A stretch of 64,000 nt of DNA from an uncultured Spirochaetota bacterium (lineage in GTDB: Bacteria > Spirochaetota > B62-G9 > CAZFGQ01). Numbering within the stretch: the stretch's first letter is position 1; every line of letters begins with the position of its first letter. The notes under the pieces are model-generated. The model did not search any database. It was not told the origin of the DNA and saw only the letters and a program-made list of their open reading frames with translations. The position numbers were made by a program, and so were the translations under genes. Positions 19,528 through 30,415 of this stretch are shown piece after piece. The stretch covers positions 2,365 to 66,364 of the forward strand of contig CAZFGQ010000008.1 in the NCBI GenBank assembly GCA_964518675.1. Reading direction: 5' to 3'.

Positions 19528-20685
19528 TCAGCCAACCACCACTTTTTGTCCTGTTTCAGCCGATTTCATACCTGCATCAATTACGAGCATTCCTTTGTAG
19601 CCGTCATAAAAGTTTGGTTCAATCTTTCCCCCACTATCGATTGCTTTGAGAAAATCAGCAACTGCATGCACAAATTCATGCTCGTAGCCAATAATATGTC
19701 CCGGTGGCCACCAGCTCGAGATATAAGGATGTACCGGCTCTGTGGCCAGGATGGTTCTGAAGCCCTGTGCATAGTCTGGATCAACACTTGAGAAGTATTG
19801 AAGCTCATTCATCCTCTCAAAATCAAAAATTATGCTCCCCTTCTCACCATATATCTCGAAATAGTTATAATTCTTTCTTCCAGGAGCAAACCTCGTAGCC
19901 TCAAAGGATCCAAGCGCTCCGTTTTCAAACTCAACAATCATGAAGGCAGCATCCTCCACTGTAACCTTACCCTTCTCTGTTCCCTTAACCGCCGCCTTAA
20001 AGGTTCCAGCTGCAACCTCATCGGGTAGAGGTCTTTCAGAGATGAATTGTGCAGTCATTGCCGCAACCGATTTTATTTCTCCAACCAGGAATCTGGCAAG
20101 ATCAATGCTATGGGAGTTCAGGTCTATATGTGGGCCCATACCCGCTGTTTCTTTTCTCAGATGCCAGGTGAGTGGAAAGTTTGGATCAACTATCCAGGAT
20201 TGGAGATATGCACCACGCCAGTGAAAAATTCTTCCCACCTTGCCCTCATCAATAAGCTGCTTTGCAAGCATCACTGCAGGGCATCTACGATAATTATGGT
20301 TCAAATAATGAACAACCTTATTATCCTCAGCGACCTCGTACATTTCTTTTGCCTGCTGGGCATTCATAGCAATGGGTTTTTCACAAAAAATATGTTTACC
20401 AGCTTTTGCTGCTTCTACAGCTATATCATGATGGGTATTTTGAGGTGTCGCAATATCAATAATGTCTATATCATCTCTCTGTACAACTTTCCTCCAATCC
20501 GTCTCTATCTCCTGCCAGCCCCATCTATTCGCAAATTCCTGTAAAGGTTCTTTATGTCTACCACACGCCACCTTCAAAACCGGTTTAAGCGGCAGGTCAA
20601 AGAACAGAGGAGCCTTTATCCATGCATTACTGTGTGCCTTTCCCATAAATTTATAACCGATTATTGCAACGTTTACCTCCTTCAT
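19528..20685 (-). CDS. Gfo/Idh/MocA-family NAD(P)-dependent oxidoreductase
   Basis: N-terminal Rossmann segment VAIIGYKFMGKAHSNAW and a C-terminal alpha/beta domain typical of the family. Confidence 0.8.
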   Translation of the reverse strand: MKEVNVAIIGYKFMGKAHSNAWIKAPLFFDLPLKPVLKVACGRHKEPLQEFANRWGWQEIETDWRKVVQRDDIDIIDIATPQNTHHDIAVEAAKAGKHIFCEKPIAMNAQQAKEMYEVAEDNKVVHYLNHNYRRCPAVMLAKQLIDEGKVGRIFHWRGAYLQSWIVDPNFPLTWHLRKETAGMGPHIDLNSHSIDLARFLVGEIKSVAAMTAQFISERPLPDEVAAGTFKAAVKGTEKGKVTVEDAAFMIVEFENGALGSFEATRFAPGRKNYNYFEIYGEKGSIIFDFERMNELQYFSSVDPDYAQGFRTILATEPVHPYISSWWPPGHIIGYEHEFVHAVADFLKAIDSGGKIEPNFYDGYKGMLVIDAGMKSAETGQKVVVG

Positions 20686-20774
20686 ACCACCCTCCTTATT
20701 ATTTTATTCATGTCCCTATTAAAAAATTGCACTTTTCAAATTGCAGCATATTTAAAACATTAACACCACTTTTA

Positions 20775-21635
20775 TCACTGAAGACTTGCTGAAATGCGCT
20801 TTAATTCTTGAATACTTTTTTCAACCGCACTGTCCTCATCATAGTTGTAATCTGGATGGAGAAAATCAATTTCGACTGCCAGAAAACCCTCATATCCATT
20901 GTCCTTGAGGATCTGAGCTATTTTCTGATTGTCAACAAGGCCATCACCTATAGGAGTACATGAAAAGAAGTACCACTCAGTCACAGGAACACCTTTCTGG
21001 GGTTTAAGATCCTTTATATGAGTGGCATAGATGTATTTGGCAAGTTTCTTTACACCTTCCACAGGATCATCAAGAACACGCACGCAATTTCCTGTATCGA
21101 AGTTTACCCCAAAATACGGTGAGTTTACATTCTTAATTATTGTCAATATCTCATCAGAACTGAAATCCAGGTGATTCTCCATTGCCAACTTTATGTCATA
21201 CTTTTCTGCCACTTTAACCGCTTCTGAAAACATCTTCGAAAGTCTTTCAATCTGGGGTTCATGGGGATCAAATCTGAACTTCAAGCTACTACCCACCACC
21301 CGCATTACTTTCGCACCAATTTGTTTGGCATAATCAAATGATGCAATCATTTCGTCATAAGCTTTTTCATTTTTTCCACCTTCAAGTCCATCCGGATGTC
21401 CCCATGCATACACCCTATCAAGGTTATATTCATCAAGCATTCCTTTGATCTCTGAAAGGTATTCCTTATCCACTCTGGGAATGAAGCAGGACTCAAGAGA
21501 AACCCCATCCACCTCAAGTTCATGTGCCCTCTTAAGAAAATCCTCAAGACTCATTGACTTCTCTGGTTTTGGCTGTTCGGGATATACTTCTCCAAAAAAC
21601 CTGTGATAACAATAACTATCTATCCCCACTTTCAT
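20775..21635 (-). CDS. sugar phosphate isomerase/epimerase (xylose-isomerase-like TIM barrel)
   Basis: 286 aa TIM barrel with metal-binding E/D/H residues in the expected positions (…LAMENHLD…, …FDTGN…). Confidence 0.7.
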   Translation of the reverse strand: MKVGIDSYCYHRFFGEVYPEQPKPEKSMSLEDFLKRAHELEVDGVSLESCFIPRVDKEYLSEIKGMLDEYNLDRVYAWGHPDGLEGGKNEKAYDEMIASFDYAKQIGAKVMRVVGSSLKFRFDPHEPQIERLSKMFSEAVKVAEKYDIKLAMENHLDFSSDEILTIIKNVNSPYFGVNFDTGNCVRVLDDPVEGVKKLAKYIYATHIKDLKPQKGVPVTEWYFFSCTPIGDGLVDNQKIAQILKDNGYEGFLAVEIDFLHPDYNYDEDSAVEKSIQELKRISASLQ

Positions 21636-21750
21636 GACCCTACCCTCCGGAAGTTTATTTATTTCTATGTTTACAGAATTATATTAAAGACCAATTAAAT
21701 GCTTTAGTCAAATATTTTTTTCATTATTAAAAAACATGAAAATATTTTTT

Positions 21751-22815
21751 TCAAAACTCAATTACCGTTTTTAGACCCTCTCCACTTCCGGCATACTCAA
21801 ACGCATCTTTAATTTGCTCAACCTTGAATCGTCGAGTAATCAGTGCCTTCGTATCGACTTTTTTGCTCTCGATAAGTCTTATAGACTTTTCATACTGAGA
21901 AACTGAAGCTCCTGTGGTGCCGGTTACAATTAACCCGTTATAATGTATGATGTTTGTATTCAGCAAAACCTCATCTTTGCCCTTTGGGAGACCACCAAAG
22001 AAATTAATTCTTCCCAACCTTGCCGCCATCTTTAAGGAGAGCCGTTGAATTTCTGGTGCAGGGCAGGCAGTAATTATAACATCGGCCCCTATTCCATCTG
22101 TATAGTTCATAACATTCTCGTATAGATCTTCCTTTGAGGTATCGATTGTGATATCAGGATTAAACCTTTTGACAATCCTCAGTCTTTCCGAAGACAGATC
22201 AGCAATCATAACCAATCTTGCTCCTGCAAGCCTCTGCAACTGGAGGTGAAGCGCCCCTATAGGTCCGGCTCCAACTATGAGCACCGTTTCCCCCGGTTTA
22301 GTCCCAACCGATTCATAGCCATTGTAACAGCATGATAAAGGCTCTGCCAGGGCTATTTCATCAAAACTCGTTTCATCGTTAATTCTGATAATATTCCCCT
22401 GGTAAATTGCCCTTTCATCGATTTTAACATACTCCGCAAAAGCACCATTTATACTTATACCAAAAGCATCGTAATCCCTGCAGAGATGAGTTTTTCCCAT
22501 TCTGCAATATCTACACTTTCCACATCCGATATTTGGAGCAACGCCAACTCTCATCCCTTTCTTAAACCCTTTAACCTTTGAACCCACTTCCCATATAGTT
22601 CCAGAAAACTCATGCCCTAAAATTATTTCCTGACCCTCTTTAATCTTAAAATGACCATTCTTAAATATTCGAAGATCAGTTCCACATATTGAAGCTGCCC
22701 CAACCCTGAGAAGAATTTCTCTTTCATTTATTTCAGGAATTGGCACCTCTCTGCATTCAATCTTTCCTATACCGCTGAAAATCGCTGCTTTCATTACCCG
22801 CTTTTTTTCTGGCAT
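21751..22815 (-). CDS. Zn-dependent polyol/alcohol dehydrogenase (sorbitol/xylitol/threonine dehydrogenase-like MDR)
   Basis: Catalytic Zn ligands CGTD...GHE. Structural Zn cluster CGKCRYCRMGKTHLC. Rossmann segment LIVGAGPIG. Confidence 0.85.
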   Translation of the reverse strand: MPEKKRVMKAAIFSGIGKIECREVPIPEINEREILLRVGAASICGTDLRIFKNGHFKIKEGQEIILGHEFSGTIWEVGSKVKGFKKGMRVGVAPNIGCGKCRYCRMGKTHLCRDYDAFGISINGAFAEYVKIDERAIYQGNIIRINDETSFDEIALAEPLSCCYNGYESVGTKPGETVLIVGAGPIGALHLQLQRLAGARLVMIADLSSERLRIVKRFNPDITIDTSKEDLYENVMNYTDGIGADVIITACPAPEIQRLSLKMAARLGRINFFGGLPKGKDEVLLNTNIIHYNGLIVTGTTGASVSQYEKSIRLIESKKVDTKALITRRFKVEQIKDAFEYAGSGEGLKTVIEF

Positions 22816-22924
22816 TCATCACCCCATTAAATAAAGCACTGGACAACACTTTACCTTATAGCTTTTTAAAAGCTTTTGCTCTCTTCACTGAGCGAAAACA
22901 AATCTTTACCCCAGAACCAAATAA

Positions 22925-24412
22925 CTATATCAGACTGAGATCCAGGGACTTTAAATATTTCTCAAACAACCCCGTATACAATCTGTGATTTTCTACATCC
23001 GGTGAAAATAGCTTTTCAATTCTTATTACCTTCTCAACCACTTCCTGAACATCTTCTATAACCCCGGAAACCTTTGCTCCTATAAAGGCCTGACCAAGGA
23101 TAGCGATATCCTCTCTGTTAATAGTTTTATACTCAACACCCAGAATATCTGCCTTTATTTTATTCCATAGATCTGATTTTGCACCTCCTCCTACAGCTCT
23201 CACCTCACTAACCTTTATACCTGGAATAAGCTCCAAAATCCTGTTTTTATAAAGGAGGTACTCGAAACCAATGCCCTCGAGTATGGATCGGTAAAAATGA
23301 TATAAATTATGCTTTCTGGTAAAACCAACCCAGGTCCCTCTCATATCAGGTTGAGGAGGATATGCGCGACCTTCAAGATGTGGGACAAAAACAAGCCCAT
23401 CGCATCCAGGGTTTAGTTTCTCTGCTTCTTTATTAAGTCTGTCAAACTCTGTACTACGAGCAAAATTATTTACAAACCACTCAAGGTTCTGACCGCCTCC
23501 ATTAATATAGGACATGACATGCCACAGGTTTGTACTGACCGCTCTTGATGAATAAACAAGTGCTGAATAATCAACCACCATTCTGTTTGTTGTAAGTGAA
23601 AAAACAGATGCTGTCCCACCAATATCAATCGCCACTCCTTCTTTCACTCCGCCGGCTCCAAGAAAACACGAAGCAGCATCTCCACAACCAGCCGCCACAG
23701 GTATTCCCGAAGGTACTCCAAGCACACCTGCCATTTCCCTATTGAGAGTACCAATAACACTAAAAGGAGAAACAATTACCGGAAGTTTATCTAAAGGTAT
23801 TTCAAAAATCTCAAGAAGTTCATTACTCCAACTTAATTCTTCAATATCGGCGAGACCAGAAAAGTGGAGGTAAGTCCAATCAATAAAGGCTTTTTCCGCC
23901 TTCAATCCACAAAAAAGGCCTGCAATCCATGCAGCCGGTTGAATAAACCTTGATATTCTTTCGAATACCTCGGGACGCTTATTCTTCCACCAGAGGATCT
24001 TCGGAGCGTGGTTGATACTCGGAACAATACCAGATTTCTCAATAATCTTATCCCTGGCAGTAGCCATTATATAATCGAGTTCAGATGAACATCTGGTATC
24101 CAGCCATGAGTCATATGGAGTTACCGGATTCCAGTGTTCATCAATCCCCATAATACCCGCCATCTGGCCATCGAAAGAAAAAGCTACAACGCTTTCGGGG
24201 GAAATACCTGATTTTCCCAGTGCCTCCCGTATGGCCATCACAGTCTCGGTATAAATATCCTCAGGTTTCTGATAAATTCCACCATCATCTTCTCTGATCA
24301 AAATGGACTTTCCATTACCATCTCCCAGTAACTGGAAACTCTCATTATAAATCCCCGCCCTAATTCCAGTGGTGCCTATATCTACACCTATAAAACAGTT
24401 CACGGATATCAC
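22925..24412 (-). CDS. FGGY-family carbohydrate kinase (xylulokinase-like)
   Basis: N-terminus IGVDIGTTGIRAG and C-terminal FGGY motifs (GGGAKS). Size is 495 aa. Confidence 0.85.
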   Translation of the reverse strand: MISVNCFIGVDIGTTGIRAGIYNESFQLLGDGNGKSILIREDDGGIYQKPEDIYTETVMAIREALGKSGISPESVVAFSFDGQMAGIMGIDEHWNPVTPYDSWLDTRCSSELDYIMATARDKIIEKSGIVPSINHAPKILWWKNKRPEVFERISRFIQPAAWIAGLFCGLKAEKAFIDWTYLHFSGLADIEELSWSNELLEIFEIPLDKLPVIVSPFSVIGTLNREMAGVLGVPSGIPVAAGCGDAASCFLGAGGVKEGVAIDIGGTASVFSLTTNRMVVDYSALVYSSRAVSTNLWHVMSYINGGGQNLEWFVNNFARSTEFDRLNKEAEKLNPGCDGLVFVPHLEGRAYPPQPDMRGTWVGFTRKHNLYHFYRSILEGIGFEYLLYKNRILELIPGIKVSEVRAVGGGAKSDLWNKIKADILGVEYKTINREDIAILGQAFIGAKVSGVIEDVQEVVEKVIRIEKLFSPDVENHRLYTGLFEKYLKSLDLSLI

Positions 24413-24490
24413 CTCTAATGAATGATATTTACATGAAGGTAAATACCGATGTGTATATTATAAAAAAATATTTATTTTTGTCAATAATTT

Positions 24491-26926
24491 TTAGAAAAAA
24501 TTAAATTCTTTTATCAAATTTTCAAAGGAATCAACCACTAATTCAGCAGGAGGAAGGGAGTTTAAAAAAACCTTCCCATAACTCTTTCTGATAATTCTGC
24601 TATCAAGAATTGTAATTATCCCTCTATCCCTTCTATTTCGTATAAGCCTCCCAATGCCTTGTTTCATTTTTACAACCGCAAGGGGAAGAAGATAATCGAT
24701 AAATGGATTCCCAAACTCAGAAGCGATTTTATCCATTCTTGCTTTAATAACCGGATCTGATGGAACTTTAAAGGGGAGTTTTGAAATGATCACGCTTCGA
24801 AGAGTATGACCGGGTACATCAACACCCTCCCAGAAACTTTCAGTACCCATGAGAACCGAATGGATATCCTCTTTAAAATCTTCCAGAAGGTTATACCTTG
24901 GTCGTTCTCCCTGTACCAGTACCCGGATCCCTCTTTCCTCTATTTTATCCCTTATCAGAGATACAACTCCATTAAGCGTCTTGTAACTTGTAAACAGGAT
25001 AAAAGCTCCGCCGCCTGTTAACATAATAAATCGATATATCATCTCAGCATGCTGTTGGATATACGCCTGATTTTCAGGGTCTGGTGCATCGGTGGGTATA
25101 AATATCTTCATCTGACTCTTATAATCAAATGGAGATGGAAAAATACATTCCATTACCTCATTCTCAATCCCAATCCTCCTTTCTATAAAACTAAAATTAT
25201 TCTCAACTGTTAGTGTTGCACTGGTTAAAATGTAATTTTTAACTCGCCTAAATATTGTTTCTTTAAGCACTTCACTAACATCAACCATTGCCATATAAAA
25301 TACCGATTTGTCCTTATATTCAACCCACCTGACAAATGAACGATCTTCAATAGAAACAAGGCTGGATAGTACAGATGAAATATCCGAAAATCGTGCACAG
25401 TACCCATCAATCTGCCTGATCAAAAACTCGTTTTTATTAATCTTTGACTTTATTTTTTCAAGAAATCCTACCACTCTGTCAAAACCTGCCCTTATACTGA
25501 GAAGTGGTCTGAGAACAACTCCATTCCATTCATCCATATTGAGATTTTCTTCTTTTAATTCCAGCAATTTACCATGAACCACACTCTCACAAAGTTCTGC
25601 CTCTCTCTTTTCTACATGTAAAAGATCCTTTACAAATACATCTATGGTGTCAAAGGTACTCTGGATTTCTCCATACAGAGCCACGGTCATGTCTATTAAT
25701 TCATCTATAGTCTCACGTTCTTCTTCAGGGATCGCTTTTAAGAGATAAAGAAGAAATCCTCCTTCTCTCTTTTTATTAAAATAAAACCTCCGTAGAACTC
25801 TCATCAGATAATATCTGTCAATCTGAGTGGTATAGTAAGAAGTAGCAGAATCCTCTATTTTATGAGCCTCATCCAGCACAAGGTACTGGTATGGTGGAAG
25901 AAGTCCAGTGCCCGGTGGGAGAGATGAATCGGCAATGAGATAGTGGTGGTTTGTAACAATTAGCGTGGATTTAGCGGCTTTTTGTTTCACTCTATTGAAA
26001 AAACATCTACCATAAAACTCACATTTATTACCAAGGCAGGTAATCGTTTCAGAACAAACTGCATCCCACACGGAAGATTTCGGAATAAATCCCAGATCGG
26101 TAAGTGAACCATCATCTGTTTTCAGAGCCCACTCTGCCAGAAGATTAAATTGATCAATATCCTCTTCATCAAAGAAAGTAAAAAGTTCTTTTTTTAACTC
26201 TTCAACTTTTCGCAAACATATATAGTTCTGTCTTCCTTTCATCAGAACATAATCAAAATCTACTTCCAGAAGTTTTTTCACAAGCGGTATATCTTTGCGG
26301 ATCAGCTGTTCCTGAAGATTAATTGTTGCAGTAGAAATCACTACCCTTTTATTATTTTTTAGTGCCCAGGATACTGATGGCAGTAGATACCCCATTGATT
26401 TGCCTATCCCGGTTCCGGCTTCAATAAGAGCTGGTGAGCCTGTATTAAGCGACTCCGAAACCATTCTGATCATCTCCTTCTGTCCCGACCGCTCTTCAAA
26501 TCCATCGAGAAGCTGGCTTAGTTTCCCTCCCTCAGAAACCAATTTAACAAGCCCATCTACATCCACTGCCAAAATGCTTTTCTGAAGAACAGGCTCAACC
26601 GCTACATAAACATTCGAAAGAGAATTATCCACAATATAGAATCCTATTCCCCACTGGGCGAGGGTTGAAGCAATACTTATGTCAGCTCCAGATGGAGAAA
26701 GCTGCCCATCCGGATGATTATGTATAACCACATGGCACTTCATACCCCATTCATAAGGAAAACTCACGCATTCATCATTCCCACGGGCAACCGGTTCAAC
26801 TTTGCATACCATCCCCGATTCATCCAGCCAGCCCAAAAAAAGGACCTCATTCCCATATGCCTGGGTTATCTCCGTTTTCATCATTTCCAGGATTTCATCA
26901 TTGAAAAGTTCTTCAATTGTTTTCAT
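24491..26926 (-). CDS. dinG: DinG/Rad3-family Fe-S DNA helicase with N-terminal RadC-like JAB/MPN domain (unusual fusion)
   Basis: The N-terminal ~115 aa carry the JAMM motif E...HNHPDGQLSPSGAD (H-x-H-x7-S-x2-D), very similar to the RadC HNHPSG signature. Walker A GTGIGKS, DEAH box VLDEAH, the four-Cys Fe-S insertion CLGNKCEFYGRC and C-terminal helicase motifs follow. Confidence 0.8.
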   Translation of the reverse strand: MKTIEELFNDEILEMMKTEITQAYGNEVLFLGWLDESGMVCKVEPVARGNDECVSFPYEWGMKCHVVIHNHPDGQLSPSGADISIASTLAQWGIGFYIVDNSLSNVYVAVEPVLQKSILAVDVDGLVKLVSEGGKLSQLLDGFEERSGQKEMIRMVSESLNTGSPALIEAGTGIGKSMGYLLPSVSWALKNNKRVVISTATINLQEQLIRKDIPLVKKLLEVDFDYVLMKGRQNYICLRKVEELKKELFTFFDEEDIDQFNLLAEWALKTDDGSLTDLGFIPKSSVWDAVCSETITCLGNKCEFYGRCFFNRVKQKAAKSTLIVTNHHYLIADSSLPPGTGLLPPYQYLVLDEAHKIEDSATSYYTTQIDRYYLMRVLRRFYFNKKREGGFLLYLLKAIPEEERETIDELIDMTVALYGEIQSTFDTIDVFVKDLLHVEKREAELCESVVHGKLLELKEENLNMDEWNGVVLRPLLSIRAGFDRVVGFLEKIKSKINKNEFLIRQIDGYCARFSDISSVLSSLVSIEDRSFVRWVEYKDKSVFYMAMVDVSEVLKETIFRRVKNYILTSATLTVENNFSFIERRIGIENEVMECIFPSPFDYKSQMKIFIPTDAPDPENQAYIQQHAEMIYRFIMLTGGGAFILFTSYKTLNGVVSLIRDKIEERGIRVLVQGERPRYNLLEDFKEDIHSVLMGTESFWEGVDVPGHTLRSVIISKLPFKVPSDPVIKARMDKIASEFGNPFIDYLLPLAVVKMKQGIGRLIRNRRDRGIITILDSRIIRKSYGKVFLNSLPPAELVVDSFENLIKEFNFF

Positions 26927-27009
26927 TTTTTACTTGCTTTTATCGAATTTCCAGCTATCTCCAGCAATAATCAACAAACTCATAAAAACTTAAATCTTAA
27001 TACTCATGG

Positions 27010-27855
27010 TCAAACAAAGCGAAAAAACTCACTCAAAATGGCAAAGAATTTTCCCGCTGCATCCGAGACCACTTCGAGTACTTCTCTATGATTCAGAATA
27101 TGTGGAGAAATCCCAGCTGCCATATTGGAAATAATAGAAACACCAAGCACTTCTATCTTCTGGTACACAGCCGCAATTACTTCGAGCACAGTTGACATCC
27201 CCACAGCATCAGCTCCTGCTTTTGCAAAAAATTTAATTTCTGCCGGTGTTTCATAATTCGGCCCTTTTACACCCACATAAACACCACATTTTACAACACT
27301 TTCATGTCCAAGCCTTTTTGCAGAAGAAATAAACTTTTCTATCAAATGAACTGGATATGCATTTCCCATATCTATAAAAAAATCCTCTGAGTTACCATTT
27401 CTCAGGCTGTACAATTCAACCAGAGGGTTTTCTCCCATAAAGTTAATGTGATCTCTTATCAACATGATGTTACCAGGCTTAAATGATCTGTTAATTCCAC
27501 CCGATGCGTTTGTTAAAACCATAAGCTTCACACCGAGTTTCGCAGCTACCATGATTGGCATCACCACCTCAAGGGGTGAAACACCCTGATAAAGGTGAAA
27601 TCTACCGCAGAAAAACATTACCTTTTTTGAACCAAAACCACCGTATCTTATCTGACTACCCTGGCCCCTAATTACCCTATCTGGTAAAAAAGGAACCTCA
27701 GAATAGTCAATCTGTATTTCATTTCGAAGTGGTGGCAAAACACTCGCAAATCCCGAGCCAAGAACAACCGCATATCTTACATCAGTACCGAGCCTTGTCC
27801 TTATAAATTCAGCTGACTTCTCCACCCTCTCCAGATAATCCATATCTAACCCCAC
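27010..27855 (-). CDS. purine nucleoside phosphorylase (PNP-I / PunA-type; could also act on MTA)
   Basis: GRFHLYQG, TNASGGIN, YETPAE and AVGMSTV motifs match the trimeric PNP family. Confidence 0.85.
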   Translation of the reverse strand: MGLDMDYLERVEKSAEFIRTRLGTDVRYAVVLGSGFASVLPPLRNEIQIDYSEVPFLPDRVIRGQGSQIRYGGFGSKKVMFFCGRFHLYQGVSPLEVVMPIMVAAKLGVKLMVLTNASGGINRSFKPGNIMLIRDHINFMGENPLVELYSLRNGNSEDFFIDMGNAYPVHLIEKFISSAKRLGHESVVKCGVYVGVKGPNYETPAEIKFFAKAGADAVGMSTVLEVIAAVYQKIEVLGVSIISNMAAGISPHILNHREVLEVVSDAAGKFFAILSEFFRFV

Positions 27856-27891
27856 ATAATTAAATCTATGTAACGACGGATATAGTCTCTC

Positions 27892-29025
27892 CTAATACTT
27901 GATCTTTATCCAATCCTCAGGATCAACATAGATACCATTCACAACCACACTCCAATGAACATGCACACCTCCAGCAAAGCCGGAATCTCCCGCTGTTCCT
28001 ACAACAGTGGCTCTATCGACTCTATCCCACTCCTTAACTGTGATACTATCAAGATGAAACAGAAGAGAATACACCCCTCTTCCATGATCAATAACAACTG
28101 TATTCCCTGTCGTTATTCTTCTCTTTGCCATTACAACAATACCTGTGTTAGGTGCCATGACTTCCTGTCCTCTTTTAGCCTTTAGATCCACACCTCTGTG
28201 GAATCTTGTAAACATATACTTTTTATTAAGAAGATATATCCTCTTTTTACCAAATTTAGAGATGACCTTTACTTCATTAACAGGAAAAATAAATCTCTCA
28301 GTCCACATTTTCTCATCTCTTGACCGAGACAGAATATCCCTGAGTTCTTGAATCTGGACTTTCTTTTCTCTGGAAGGTTTAAGAATCTCAAGATCTTCTT
28401 CCTGAAGATATACCACACCCCTTTCGGGCTTTAAAGTCCTTAGATAAAATGGAAAGATAAAATTACTCACCACATCATCCTTCTCGAATATTACTGACAG
28501 CCAGTATTTATCCGGTCTTGCTTTCACATCAAATGCAAAATATCCACTATATAAATTGTCGCCATCGCGGTAGAGTTCAATTCTACTCTTATATCCCTTT
28601 CCATGTACCATGGCTTCCCAGGTACCGTGGTTATTCTCTGTAGATAAAAAGATTTTAGTTGCACGGCCCTGCGCTGGTTTCGGGAAAATAAGAAAATGGA
28701 TTTCTTCAAAGTTTCCACTTTTAGAACGGGAGATTTTTCCATACTCAAGCTTTACCGATTCTTCTTTAATAAGGACCTTTGTATACGGATAAACTTTATA
28801 AAAAAACGAACCTTTCTTAAATACAATAGAACTATCCCTGAATGTCCTTAAATAGCCGCCATCACCGATATATTCAACATCTTTACCAAGCAGAGCGCCA
28901 TCCTTAATAACCCTGCCATGTATTTCCAGAACCCTATAATCGGATGAATTGGCGATAAAAGGAATTGCTAATACTACAGGAAGAAAAAAATGAAATGAAT
29001 AATGGAGGATTTTCTTTACAATCAA
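27892..29025 (-). CDS. M23-family (LytM) peptidoglycan endopeptidase, secreted
   Basis: Signal peptide. C-terminal M23 domain has HRGVD...GDSGFAGGVHVHW. Confidence 0.75.
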   Translation of the reverse strand: MIVKKILHYSFHFFLPVVLAIPFIANSSDYRVLEIHGRVIKDGALLGKDVEYIGDGGYLRTFRDSSIVFKKGSFFYKVYPYTKVLIKEESVKLEYGKISRSKSGNFEEIHFLIFPKPAQGRATKIFLSTENNHGTWEAMVHGKGYKSRIELYRDGDNLYSGYFAFDVKARPDKYWLSVIFEKDDVVSNFIFPFYLRTLKPERGVVYLQEEDLEILKPSREKKVQIQELRDILSRSRDEKMWTERFIFPVNEVKVISKFGKKRIYLLNKKYMFTRFHRGVDLKAKRGQEVMAPNTGIVVMAKRRITTGNTVVIDHGRGVYSLLFHLDSITVKEWDRVDRATVVGTAGDSGFAGGVHVHWSVVVNGIYVDPEDWIKIKY

Positions 29026-29079
29026 AACTTCCTTATTCCTAAAACTTAGAGTAATTGAGATAAAACTTTTTGTGCCAGA

Positions 29080-30384
29080 CTATGGATACAATCTATTAAT
29101 CAACCTCGGAAAGGGAATTGCTTCCCTCACATGGGGCAATTTACATATCCAGGCAACCAGCCTTTCAAGCCCCAATCCAAAACCAGAGTGAGGAACACTT
29201 CCGTATTTTCTCAGATCCAGGTACCATCCGTAGTTATCGGGATTAAGGCCGAATCTTTTTATGCCTTCATATAGGGATTCATAATTATCGTCTCTCTGAG
29301 AGCCTCCAATGATCTCGCCATATCCTTCAGGAGCAAAAAGATCATCACACATAACCTTGTTCTCTTCACCGGGCACAGGCTTCATATAGAAAGCCTTTAC
29401 ATCTCTGGGATAGTTATAAATGAACACCGGTCGGTCAAACTTCTCTGAAAGCGCAGTCTCCTCATCGCCACCAATATCTGAACCCCATTCCATTGAGAAT
29501 CCCTCATTCCTCAGTATTTCAACAGCTTCATCGTAAGATATCCGAGGAAACGGTTTTTTTATTTTTTTCAGGGGTTCCAGATCTCTTTCCAGAAACTTCA
29601 GTTCATTCTCACATGTTACCAGAACCCTATCAATAACATAACATATTAAATCTTCCTGCAAATCCATATTTTTTTCAGAATCACAGAAAGCCATCTCAGC
29701 TTCAAGCATCCAGAACTCTGCAAGATGTCTTCTCGTTTTAGATTTTTCAGCCCTGAAGGTAGGTCCGAAACAAAATACTTTTTTAAATGACGAAGCAGCA
29801 GCCTCAAGATATAACTGACCGGTTTGTGCAAGAAATGCTTTCCCAAAATCAAAATATTCGGTGGTAAAAAGATTACCTGCTTCTTCGCCAATCGAACCTG
29901 TCAGTATTGGTGTATCAATAAGAACGAACCCATTCTGATAAAAATATTCTCGAAGAATTCTTGAGAGTTCGCTTCTTATCCTAAGAATAGCCACCTGTCT
30001 GCTTGATCTTATCCACAGGTGCCTTCGTTCGAGAAGAAAATCTATCCCATGTGATTTCTTTGAGATGGGGTACTCCTCTTCCGGAATATGAACCGGGTAG
30101 AGTTCCTCCACAGCCATCTCAAAACCACCAGGTGCCCTTTTTTCCCTTCTGATAGTCCCTTTAACAACCAGAGAAGATTCTATCTTAAGCTTACAGGCGT
30201 CCTCAAAAAACTTGGAATCAACATCATTTTTAACAACCACACATTGAAGGTAACCAGTTCCATCTCTTACTTCAATAAACACTATGGAGCCGCTCGAACG
30301 TATATGTCTGACCCACCCTTCAAGGACAACAGTTTTTCCTTCGTACCTAGAAGCTTCATCAATCCTGAAACTTCCATTCACCAT
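29080..30384 (-). CDS. asnS: Asparagine--tRNA ligase
   Basis: Class II motifs FRAEKSKTRRHLAEFWMLEAEMAF and YGSVPHSGFGLGLERL match AsnRS rather than AspRS. Size is 434 aa. Confidence 0.88.
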   Translation of the reverse strand: MVNGSFRIDEASRYEGKTVVLEGWVRHIRSSGSIVFIEVRDGTGYLQCVVVKNDVDSKFFEDACKLKIESSLVVKGTIRREKRAPGGFEMAVEELYPVHIPEEEYPISKKSHGIDFLLERRHLWIRSSRQVAILRIRSELSRILREYFYQNGFVLIDTPILTGSIGEEAGNLFTTEYFDFGKAFLAQTGQLYLEAAASSFKKVFCFGPTFRAEKSKTRRHLAEFWMLEAEMAFCDSEKNMDLQEDLICYVIDRVLVTCENELKFLERDLEPLKKIKKPFPRISYDEAVEILRNEGFSMEWGSDIGGDEETALSEKFDRPVFIYNYPRDVKAFYMKPVPGEENKVMCDDLFAPEGYGEIIGGSQRDDNYESLYEGIKRFGLNPDNYGWYLDLRKYGSVPHSGFGLGLERLVAWICKLPHVREAIPFPRLINRLYP

Positions 30385-30415
30385 TTCAGTATCCTCCAGA
30401 TAATCTTATGCGAGT

